32,000 nucleotides of DNA from Fibrobacter succinogenes subsp. succinogenes S85 (lineage in GTDB: Bacteria > Fibrobacterota > Fibrobacteria > Fibrobacterales > Fibrobacteraceae), in contig NC_017448.1 in assembly GCF_000146505.1 (NCBI RefSeq), positions 3,210,001 through 3,242,000 on the forward strand. The letters run 5' to 3'. The notes under the pieces were generated by a model that was not told where the DNA came from, made no database searches, and worked only from the letters and a program-made list of their open reading frames with translations. Position numbers and translations under genes: made by a program. Positions within the stretch are counted from its first letter, which is position 1, and every line of letters begins with the position of its first letter. Positions 6,803 to 14,591 of this stretch are shown here, one piece after another.

Positions 6803-8947
6803 TTACTTCTTGAATACGCGCTGTGCGTTGTTCTTTGTCTTCAAGATGTAGGCGCCTTGGCGGATGCTCGGCTTGAGGGTACCGTTTTCGTTGAGCGCTT
6901 CGCTCTTGATGCCCTTCCACACGAGGTTTCCGTTCAAGTCGAAAATCATGGCTTGCGTCTTGCTGTCGTTGAAGGCAACTCTGCGGTTCATCTTGATGGA
7001 GCTGGAGCCTGTGCAGCCTGTGGCAACAATCTTTGCAATGTAGATGCCGGCAGATTCGCTGTTGAAGGTGAGTGCGGTAGAACCGTTTTCGCCTTCTTTC
7101 TTGAGAGAAACCTTGGTTTCGCTCCACTTGGAGCCGGCAGCGAGTTTGCCGTATTCGTAATCGACCCAGCTGCCGCCTGCAGCACCGCCCACGTTCACGT
7201 AAGCATCAGAAGTGCCCTGGCTGCGCATGGTGATGACGAGGTTAGAGCAAGAGGCGAGTGCCTTGGCGCCTTCTTCGCTGATGTTCAAGAGCTGGTTCTG
7301 GTAGCCGCAGGTTTCTTCGGACTGGTCGCAGCCGGCGAGCGGAACGCTTGCGTAGCCAGCGATGCCATCGATTGCCGTTGTGCCGTAGGTGACAGCGGAG
7401 AGCTTGTCATCCATGGCCTGCCAGGTCGTAACGTCGGTTGTTGCCGTGTAATCGACAATGACAACATCTGCTGTCGGAACGATAATCGGTTCGACGTAGC
7501 TGGAGTCGCTTGTTTCGTCCTTGCATGTTGCGACTGTGGAAGCGGCTGCGCCCTTCTTGTAAACGAGAGTCGTGATGGAACGTGCCGGGAGAACGGTACA
7601 TGCTGCAACAGAGATGTTCTTGCTCTTGAGGCCGTTTTCCTTGGACTGCACGGCGGTAACGAGGCCGTAGCCCGCGATGGCCGGGTTGTCGAGCTGGATG
7701 GCGGTGCTACCCGTATTGATAAGGATGGTCGAGATGGAATCGCCGTTTGCGCTGAGGAAGGCGACCGTCTTGAGGTTTGCGTCGTCAGTTGCGGTGGCAA
7801 TGACGCTTGCACCCGGATTCACGAACTTGGAATAGTGGCGCATGGCGTGGTATTCCGGGAAAATCTTGAAGCCGGCATCGTCACAGACGTACTTGCCACT
7901 GCCGTCGAGGTCCCAGCCTGCACCTGGGCAAACGCCGATCATCTGGGAGTGGTAACCCCAGAAAAGCTGCCAGGCAATGTAGCCGGAGAGGCGACCATCG
8001 GTAAAGCCGATCTGCATGATCTGGGCAAGGCCGAGCATGTCCTTTTCGCGCGGTTCATCAAGCATCGGGCAGAATTCCGTCATGATGATGGGCTTGTCGC
8101 CCTTGCCGTAAACGTCGGCGATGGCCTTCATCGGCTTGCGGAAGTTTTCCGGATCAAGGTAGTTGTTGCCGGAGTTGTCGTTTCCGTCACCGGCATGGTA
8201 AAGGTGGTAGGAATAGCCATCGAGCTTATTGGCGTCGAGTTCCTTGGCGTACTTTTCAAAGTTGCTGTAGCCAATACCGAGTGGTTCCGGGCCAATCAAC
8301 TTGGTTTGTCCCTTCACGGCGTCATAGACGGCGTTCAAGGCTTCCTTGTAACCGGCGATTTCGTTAGTTTCTGTTGGTTCGAAGAGTGTTTCTTCATAAT
8401 CGGCTTCCATGTCCGGTTCGTTCTGGAGAGAAACGTAGTCCGGAGAGATGCCTGCGGCCTTGTAGGCTTTGAGGCTCTTCTTCCACCAGTTGGCAAAATC
8501 ACTGTAGACGTATTTGCCATACGGGTCGCTGTTCGAGGTCTTGAGCGTGTTCTGGCTCTTGATCTTTTGTCCGTCCACTTTACCGTTCAAGTTGCCGCTC
8601 GGCTTGAGCTTTGCCGGAGCAGACCAGCTGGACATCTGGATTTTCATGTGGTCGCCGAGGCGGGTCTTGGCGGCCTTGACGATGTCAATGTCGTCCTGGA
8701 TTTTTGTGATATCTTCGTCCTGGTACCAGTTTCCCACGCGGAGCAGGGAAATGTTAAGGCCCGTGAATGCGGTATCGAAAAGGGCTTCTTGGTCTGCTGC
8801 GGGGAGGTTCTTGATCCAGCTCTGGTAGTAAACGCTTGCGCCACCGAAACCCGTAACTTTCTGGGCGGTGGAGGCGGGGTTTACCGTTACGCTTGCGGCA
8901 AGTGCGCTAGAGGCGAGCAAAGCCGTTAAAGACAAGTATTTTCTCAT
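6803..8947 (-). CDS. Secreted glycoside hydrolase family 30-like enzyme with extra C-terminal binding-type module and basic sorting-type tail
   Basis: Signal peptide MRKYLSLTALLASSALA. GFGGAS near the N-terminus, YVSLQNEPD (acid/base region) and IIMTEF (nucleophile region), as in GH30. A further ~150-aa module follows. The last ~60 aa (AMIFDLNGNLVWKG...RQGAYILKTKNNAQRVFKK) resemble a T9SS/Por-type C-terminal domain. Confidence 0.8.
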   Translation of the reverse strand: MRKYLSLTALLASSALAASVTVNPASTAQKVTGFGGASVYYQSWIKNLPAADQEALFDTAFTGLNISLLRVGNWYQDEDITKIQDDIDIVKAAKTRLGDHMKIQMSSWSAPAKLKPSGNLNGKVDGQKIKSQNTLKTSNSDPYGKYVYSDFANWWKKSLKAYKAAGISPDYVSLQNEPDMEADYEETLFEPTETNEIAGYKEALNAVYDAVKGQTKLIGPEPLGIGYSNFEKYAKELDANKLDGYSYHLYHAGDGNDNSGNNYLDPENFRKPMKAIADVYGKGDKPIIMTEFCPMLDEPREKDMLGLAQIMQIGFTDGRLSGYIAWQLFWGYHSQMIGVCPGAGWDLDGSGKYVCDDAGFKIFPEYHAMRHYSKFVNPGASVIATATDDANLKTVAFLSANGDSISTILINTGSTAIQLDNPAIAGYGLVTAVQSKENGLKSKNISVAACTVLPARSITTLVYKKGAAASTVATCKDETSDSSYVEPIIVPTADVVIVDYTATTDVTTWQAMDDKLSAVTYGTTAIDGIAGYASVPLAGCDQSEETCGYQNQLLNISEEGAKALASCSNLVITMRSQGTSDAYVNVGGAAGGSWVDYEYGKLAAGSKWSETKVSLKKEGENGSTALTFNSESAGIYIAKIVATGCTGSSSIKMNRRVAFNDSKTQAMIFDLNGNLVWKGIKSEALNENGTLKPSIRQGAYILKTKNNAQRVFKK

Positions 8948-8962
8948 TTTACACTCCTAAAT

Positions 8963-9003
8963 TACACCGGATATATCCCTACACCGGTTCGACCATACAC
9001 CGA
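8963..9003. promoter_or_regulatory. Three direct repeats TACACCG(G) at 17/16-nt spacing in the GH30 leader
   Basis: TACACCGG 8963-8970, TACACCGG 8980-8987, TACACCGA 8996-9003. They lie between the putative -10 and the GH30 start codon (8947). Confidence 0.45.
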
Positions 9004-9009
9004 GAGTTA

Positions 9010-9038
9010 AAGATACTAAAAGTAATAAGGAGTTTCAA
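9010..9038 (-). promoter_or_regulatory. Putative sigma70-like promoter of the GH30 gene
   Basis: Minus strand: TTGAAA (9038-9033), 17-nt spacer, TATCTT (9015-9010). Consensus use in this phylum is assumed, not known to me. Confidence 0.35.
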
Positions 9039-9044
9039 GAATTT

Positions 9045-9106
<62 letters not shown>

Positions 9107-9133
9107 ATCTCTCTTTTCTCTAAAAGAAAATAA

Positions 9134-9185
9134 CTAAGTTCTAAGAGCGGAGCGGACTAAGCTCTGCTAACTGCGCCACAGGCGC
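9134..9185. repeat. 52-nt family 1 element, copy 1 (abuts the stop codon of the 9185..10357 gene)
   Basis: CTAAGTTCTAAGAGCGGAGCGGACTAAGCTCTGCTAACTGCGCCACAGGCGC. About 85% identical to 22250-22301 and 28446-28497. Confidence 0.95.
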
Positions 9186-10357
9186 TAGTAAGCGCCTTCG
9201 CCCTTGAACACGACCTTGAACGTCTTGAGGATGAGCTTGATGTCTTCGCTGAGCTTTCCATCGCGACGGATGTAGTCGTTGTCCAGGCGCATCTGGCCTT
9301 CAAACGAGATGTTGCTACGGCCACTGACCTGCCAAATGCAGGTGAGGCCCGGAGTCACGGAAAGGCGCATGCGGTGCCAAGGTTCGTATTCTGCCACTTC
9401 GGACGGAATGGGCGGGCGCGGTCCGACAATGGACATTTCGCCCTTGAGAATGTTGATGAGCTGCGGCAGTTCGTCGAGGCTGAATTTGCGGAGGATGTGG
9501 CCGAACGGATAAATACGCGGGTCGTTCTTCATCTTGAACGTCTTTCCGCCCGTTTCGTTCTGGGCCATCAGTTCCTTTTTGCGTTCTTCTGCATCAACGT
9601 ACATACTGCGGAACTTGTACATCGTAAATAATGCGCCGTTCTTGCCGACTCGGGTCTGCTTGAAGATAATCGGTCCCTTCGGGTCGCTAATCTTGACGGC
9701 GAGGGCGCAGAACAAGAGGACAGGCGATAGAGCGATGAGCGCAACGGATGTGCAGGTAATATCAACCATTCTCTTGATGATGTGTCTAAAGCGAATCTTG
9801 TGCGGGTGTACCCAGATGTCTGAAAGGTTCAAACGGTTGAGCGTAAAGAAACTACCGTTTGTGCTGTTGAACTCCTTGAGCTTGTTGTCCATTTCAAGGT
9901 TGTCTTTTTCCTGGTACCCCGTGTAGAGGTAGGCCTGGAAAATAGGAGCTTTCGGCTTGTGGCGGAGTGCCTGGATGAGCCCTGCGTCGTTGAGCTTGTG
10001 GAGGATTTCCTTGCGGATACCTTCAAGCGTGCTCATATCGGAATTCAAAAGGATGATGCCAATACCGCTGTTGTCGGAGAGGTAGCCCAGTACGTCGATA
10101 AAGCGCAGATGTGAAAACATCGTAAGCACGCTAATCTTCCAAGTATTTTCAACAATCTTGGACGGACGGCCCCAGCCGAGCACATCGTACTGGTGCGAAT
10201 AAATCTTGATGAAAAGGAAAGGCTTGCGGGTGCGGTTCGCACGCAAAAACTCCTCGTTCAACCGCGCCTTGAACAGCCTGGCCGGGTAAACGATGTTTTT
10301 CAGTTTTTGTTCGTTAAGGATTGAACCGATAGTCGGATTTACTGCTTCCTGTTCCAT
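9185..10357 (-). CDS. Polyprenyl-phosphate sugar phosphotransferase (small PglC/WbaP-type catalytic domain) with an N-terminal degenerate GGDEF-like domain
   Basis: C-terminal ~200 aa: re-entrant helix, then PIIFKQTRVGKNGALFTMYKFRSM...KNDPRI...LRKFSLDELPQLINILKGEMSIVGPRP...PGLTCIWQV (Bac_transf motifs). N-terminal 190 aa carry the LFKARLNEEFLRANRTRKPF...RFIDVLGYLSDNSGIGIILLNSD pattern. Confidence 0.85.
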   Translation of the reverse strand: MEQEAVNPTIGSILNEQKLKNIVYPARLFKARLNEEFLRANRTRKPFLFIKIYSHQYDVLGWGRPSKIVENTWKISVLTMFSHLRFIDVLGYLSDNSGIGIILLNSDMSTLEGIRKEILHKLNDAGLIQALRHKPKAPIFQAYLYTGYQEKDNLEMDNKLKEFNSTNGSFFTLNRLNLSDIWVHPHKIRFRHIIKRMVDITCTSVALIALSPVLLFCALAVKISDPKGPIIFKQTRVGKNGALFTMYKFRSMYVDAEERKKELMAQNETGGKTFKMKNDPRIYPFGHILRKFSLDELPQLINILKGEMSIVGPRPPIPSEVAEYEPWHRMRLSVTPGLTCIWQVSGRSNISFEGQMRLDNDYIRRDGKLSEDIKLILKTFKVVFKGEGAY

Positions 10358-10474
10358 GCGCCTAAATATATAAAAAAGGGGATTGCTTTCAATTGGGGGT
10401 CTTTTTTTAGGTGTTGTAAATCAATGTTTGCAATACGAACTTTTTTTATTAGATTTTTCAATAGAAGGTAGAAA

Positions 10475-13243
10475 ATGATATTTAAGCTTTTAGGGGCGCT
10501 TTTTTTTGCTGCGTTATTTGCGGGCTGTCATTCGGATGGGGGGAGTTCACCAACCGAAGTTTTGCCATATTCGGGAATGCAAAGGCAAATGTTGCTCATT
10601 GAGGGGTCCAAGGATACCATTGCATTGGGTACAAATAAGAATGGTGCCAAAATAGACGAATCTCCGGAAATGAAGGTCTTGTTGGACTACGATTACTGGG
10701 TGGACCTCTATAAAGTGACTTGTGGTGAATTTAAGTCGGTCATTGATGAAACGATTGTCGAAAATCGCGTAGATTGTGGCCCGGATAGCTTGCCGGTAGT
10801 CAATGTGACTTTTTTTGATGCTGTACTCTTTGCTAATGAAAAAAGTAAAAATGAAGATTTGGATACCATCTATGAATATTCTAGCGCAGAATTTGATAAA
10901 GATGGACATTGCGTGAATCTTGCTGGTTTCTCGTTCCATCTTGATAGGAGCGGTTTTAGGCTTCCGACCGAAGCGGAATGGGTGAAGGTGGCTTCGCAAA
11001 AAGGTAAATGCTTGGATTGCTTTGAAAAAGAGAAGGAGTTTGTCAATGACTACAAAGGTGTTTTCAAAAATGAAGTTGTGACAAATTATGCGGGCGCGTC
11101 CAGTACAAATGATGCCGATGAACGTATTATCAAGGGTGGTAGCTCGTCGAACCTTTATTCAAGAGGGGGGACATATCCTGTAAGTCCATCGACTTATGAA
11201 GGCAATATTGGTTTTCGTCTAGCGATTGGCAGAGTTCCTGATGCTGTTTTTTTTGATCAGGGCGGAAAGAAGGTAAATTCCCCTGTCAGGGTGGTTTCTT
11301 CAGTGCTGAAACTGTGGGATTACACAAAAACTTCTAAAGTAAAGCTTGTCTTTAAAAACGAGGTTACAGGAAATCTCAATTACATTGATTATTACAATAA
11401 CAGTGAAATTGTTGAAATTAAAAAAACAGAGTCGGCTTATCATCCAGATATCTCACCGGATGGAAGCATGGTTGCTTATTGTACGGGGATCGAGGGGATT
11501 GATCGGAAGTCCCAGGTTTATGTCCGTAGTCTAGATAATAATGATTCCAAACCTGTAAAATTGGATGTGGAGAGCGCTGCAATTCCTCGCTGGAATGTTT
11601 TAGAAAGTGGCGATACCGTTATTACTTATGTGACGGGAACCGGCAACAATTCTAGCGAAAAGTCTTTCAAGAGCATGAGCACGTGGCAAGTCCCTTTTGC
11701 AAATGGAAAGTTCGGGAAGCCTACTAAGTTGTTTGATGGGGCGTACCATGGTGGAGTGAGTGTTGACAGTAAGCTTGCTGTTACGGGGTCAAAAATTCTC
11801 CGGGCTAGGGTCAACGGAAAAGAAACGGTCTGGTATAATGGGGAACAGGCTTGCAATGTGTCGCTTTCGAGAGATTTTAGCAAGCGTACGTCGTTTCTCG
11901 ATTTCCATAGTACAACGGGTGAAAAATTTGTTGGCAACAAGTACCGGGTACATGAAATCCTTTTTGTGGCGGACAGTGCCGGAAATCTTATTCAACATGT
12001 GAAAGCGCCTGACGGCTATACATTTGATCATCCTGAATGGGTGACCGGGCGAGTGAACGAGAATATTGTGGCGACTCTTGCAAATGCGGACGGGGCGCAT
12101 TCTAAAATTGTCCTAGTCCATTTGGCTGATAGCTCTATTACATATCTTGTCGAAGGCGATGAACTGTGGCATCCGAGTCTTTGGATTCGCGAAAGGATCG
12201 TGATTCCTTCTAGCTCTAGTGTTGCAAGCAGCTCAAGCAAGCCTGTCAGCAGTTCTTCTGTTTCGAGTTCCAGTTCTGAATCTAGCAGTTCTATGGGCTC
12301 GAGTTCCGACGGAAAATCTTCAAGTTCTAATGATAAACCGGTACAGTATTTTGAACTTGATGAAGATAGCGCAGGCTTTTACGTGAAAAACAATGAATTC
12401 CAGGAAGCGCACTGGAGTTATAAGATGGAACTTGTCTGGACCTATTGGGATTCGGCGGATGTTGTTATTTTGGGTTCGTCAAGGCCGCAACATGGTGTTA
12501 TTCCAGCCTTGTTTAGCGATCAGTTTTATGTTGTCAATCTTGCGAGTGCGCACGGGAGTATGCATTCTTCTTATTATATGGCAATGAATTACGTCTTGCC
12601 CCATTATAAAAAGCTGAAGTACATTATCATTGAAATCGCGCTTGATAGGCTATGGCTGACAAAACAGAATAGTTTCTTTTTTCTGAGAAGTCCTGATATC
12701 AAGGGGTATGTTTACGATGCCAATCACGATTTCTGGAAGTCGGGCATTCCCGAAGGTCTTAAGGAAATGACGCATGAAGTGCCGAAGGTCTCCTCGTATG
12801 CAGGCAACCTGACTGAACGGGGGGCGATGCCTTTGAATAGTTGTGGCAACTGGAGGTCGTCGGTTTATGCAGAACAGGATGTCGCGTGGCTTGATACGGG
12901 GCTTGTCCGACTTGAAGAAACTTTGGGTTACTTGACTGAAATTATAGAGCAGGCCAAAGAAAAGAATATTAAGGTGATTGGTTTAGAAATGCCGCTAAAT
13001 CCGAATTACAAGAACGTGAATGCTTACGGAAAGTATGGGCTACGCAATAGCGATGCTCCTAAAATACTTGAACGAATTGAGAATATGGTTGAAAAGTACA
13101 GCAATTTTATGTTCTTTGACCAGCACAAGATGGGTGAACACGATTATCTTAATGGTATGAATTACGATGATGACCACCTTTGCCGAGCAGGTGCCGAGAA
13201 AATAACCCACCGTCTGGATTCCCTGTTGAAAACATTAGACTGA
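10475..13243 (+). CDS. Large lipoprotein: FGE-sulfatase-like domain + PD40/TolB-like beta-propeller + Ser-rich linker + SGNH/DltD-like C-terminal domain
   Basis: Lipobox FAGC|HS. FGE-like: YWVDLYKVTCGEF...PVVNVTFFDAVLFANEKS...GFRLPTEAEWVKVAS...IKGGSS...GNIGFRLAIG. PD40-like: YHPDISPDGSMVAYCTG. Ser-rich linker at nt 12206-12334. C-terminus has VVILGSSRPQHG and YDDDHLCRAGAEKI (Ser and Asp-x-x-His blocks of SGNH/DltD-type enzymes). May belong to the Fibrobacter-specific ~900-aa paralogous family I recall from TIGRFAMs; unverified. Confidence 0.8.
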   Translation: MIFKLLGALFFAALFAGCHSDGGSSPTEVLPYSGMQRQMLLIEGSKDTIALGTNKNGAKIDESPEMKVLLDYDYWVDLYKVTCGEFKSVIDETIVENRVDCGPDSLPVVNVTFFDAVLFANEKSKNEDLDTIYEYSSAEFDKDGHCVNLAGFSFHLDRSGFRLPTEAEWVKVASQKGKCLDCFEKEKEFVNDYKGVFKNEVVTNYAGASSTNDADERIIKGGSSSNLYSRGGTYPVSPSTYEGNIGFRLAIGRVPDAVFFDQGGKKVNSPVRVVSSVLKLWDYTKTSKVKLVFKNEVTGNLNYIDYYNNSEIVEIKKTESAYHPDISPDGSMVAYCTGIEGIDRKSQVYVRSLDNNDSKPVKLDVESAAIPRWNVLESGDTVITYVTGTGNNSSEKSFKSMSTWQVPFANGKFGKPTKLFDGAYHGGVSVDSKLAVTGSKILRARVNGKETVWYNGEQACNVSLSRDFSKRTSFLDFHSTTGEKFVGNKYRVHEILFVADSAGNLIQHVKAPDGYTFDHPEWVTGRVNENIVATLANADGAHSKIVLVHLADSSITYLVEGDELWHPSLWIRERIVIPSSSSVASSSSKPVSSSSVSSSSSESSSSMGSSSDGKSSSSNDKPVQYFELDEDSAGFYVKNNEFQEAHWSYKMELVWTYWDSADVVILGSSRPQHGVIPALFSDQFYVVNLASAHGSMHSSYYMAMNYVLPHYKKLKYIIIEIALDRLWLTKQNSFFFLRSPDIKGYVYDANHDFWKSGIPEGLKEMTHEVPKVSSYAGNLTERGAMPLNSCGNWRSSVYAEQDVAWLDTGLVRLEETLGYLTEIIEQAKEKNIKVIGLEMPLNPNYKNVNAYGKYGLRNSDAPKILERIENMVEKYSNFMFFDQHKMGEHDYLNGMNYDDDHLCRAGAEKITHRLDSLLKTLD

Positions 13244-13288
13244 TTTTTTCTACATTATAGCGCGTAAAATTTAAAATGGAGACGCTAT

Positions 13289-14578
13289 ATGTTGCGTATT
13301 GGTTTAATTGGCACGGGTACCGTTGGTGGTGGTGTCATTCAGATTCTTGAACAGAAGATTGCCGAATATAAGGAAAAGCTGGGTGTCGAGCTGGAACTCT
13401 CCTGCATCTGCGCTAAGTCCGAAGAAGAAGTGGCTCCGTACAAGGCTAAGGGCTACAAGGTCTCGACCAATGCCGACGAAATGATTGCTGGCGACGATAT
13501 CGACGTGCTCGTGGAACTCGCCGGTGGCTACAACATGCCGCGCAAGTGGATCCTCGCTGCTCTCGAAAGCGGTAAGCATGTGGTGACGGCTAACAAGGCT
13601 CTCCTCGCCAAGTACGGTCACGAAATTTTCCCGCTCGCCGCAAAGAAGGGCCTGCATGTCTTGTTCGAAGCTGCTGTTGGCGGTGGCATTCCTATCATCC
13701 GCAGCGTCCAGGAAGGTTTCGTTGGCTCTACAGTCGAAAGCCTGAGCTGCATCATTAACGGTACTTGCAACTACATCTTGAGCCGCATGGCCGAAGAAGG
13801 TCTCGACTTCGACGTCGTCTTGAAGGACGCCCAGAAGCTCGGCTTTGCTGAAGCAGACCCGACTTTCGATATCGAAGGTATCGACTCCGCCCACAAGACC
13901 GCCCTCCTTGCTAGCCTTTGCAGTGGCAAGCGCGTGGACTTCGAAAAGATCCACGTCACCGGTATTTCCAAGATTACCGCTCAGGATATCGCATTTGCTA
14001 AGGAACTTGGCTGCTGCGTGAAGCTCCTCGGCATCTACCACCGCGACGGCGACCGCGTGGACGCCCGTGTCCATCCGTGCTTCGTCCCGAACACGAACTT
14101 GCTCTCTAACGTGAATGGCGTTATCAACGCTGTTTACCTCAAGTGCGACAACCTCGGCGAAACGGTTCAGACCGGTGCTGGTGCTGGCCGCCTCCCGACC
14201 GCATCTGCAGTCGTGGCTGATCTCGTGTCCCTCGCTCGTTCTACCGACCAGGGCAGCCGCAAGGCACTCCCGATGGGCTGGTTCAATGTCGAAAACTCTG
14301 CAACGCTCGTTCCTATCTCTGAAACTAGCGCCCGCTACTACCTCCGCTTCACGTCTCGTGACGCTTGCGGTGTGCTCGCCAAGATTACGAAGATCCTTGC
14401 AGACAACAACATCTCTATCGAAACGATTATCCAGAAGAACGTGAACGACCCGGGCAAGGTGTCCATCGTCGTCATTACGGAAAAGACTCTCGATAGCAAG
14501 CTCTCCAAGGCTGTCGATGCCGTGAACTCTCTCTCCGAAATCGTTGAGAAGAGCCAGGTTATCCGCTTCCTCGCTTAA
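13289..14578 (+). CDS. hom: Homoserine dehydrogenase with C-terminal ACT domain
   Basis: GLIGTGTVGGG Rossmann motif, VVTANKAL, FEAAVGGGIPII, ADPTFDIEG.DSAHK. The C-terminal regulatory domain resembles an ACT fold. Confidence 0.95.
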   Translation: MLRIGLIGTGTVGGGVIQILEQKIAEYKEKLGVELELSCICAKSEEEVAPYKAKGYKVSTNADEMIAGDDIDVLVELAGGYNMPRKWILAALESGKHVVTANKALLAKYGHEIFPLAAKKGLHVLFEAAVGGGIPIIRSVQEGFVGSTVESLSCIINGTCNYILSRMAEEGLDFDVVLKDAQKLGFAEADPTFDIEGIDSAHKTALLASLCSGKRVDFEKIHVTGISKITAQDIAFAKELGCCVKLLGIYHRDGDRVDARVHPCFVPNTNLLSNVNGVINAVYLKCDNLGETVQTGAGAGRLPTASAVVADLVSLARSTDQGSRKALPMGWFNVENSATLVPISETSARYYLRFTSRDACGVLAKITKILADNNISIETIIQKNVNDPGKVSIVVITEKTLDSKLSKAVDAVNSLSEIVEKSQVIRFLA

Positions 14579-14591
14579 TTAAAGGTTGTAT

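Noticed and set aside
6857-8929. 690-aa ORF on the plus strand opposite the GH30 gene. Similar long antisense ORFs occur at 905..2035, 5175..6473, 13304..14074, 14823..16064 and 16082..16984.
   Set aside because: Each lies antisense to a gene with strong family motifs. Their translations are low-complexity (Ala/Gly/Arg/Val-rich) with no recognisable motifs. They are typical shadow ORFs produced by codon bias on the opposite strand.
10577-11239. Diversity-generating retroelement target. FGE-sulfatase/C-type-lectin folds are common DGR variable proteins.
   Set aside because: The window contains no reverse transcriptase gene and no template repeat (no second near-identical copy differing at adenines).
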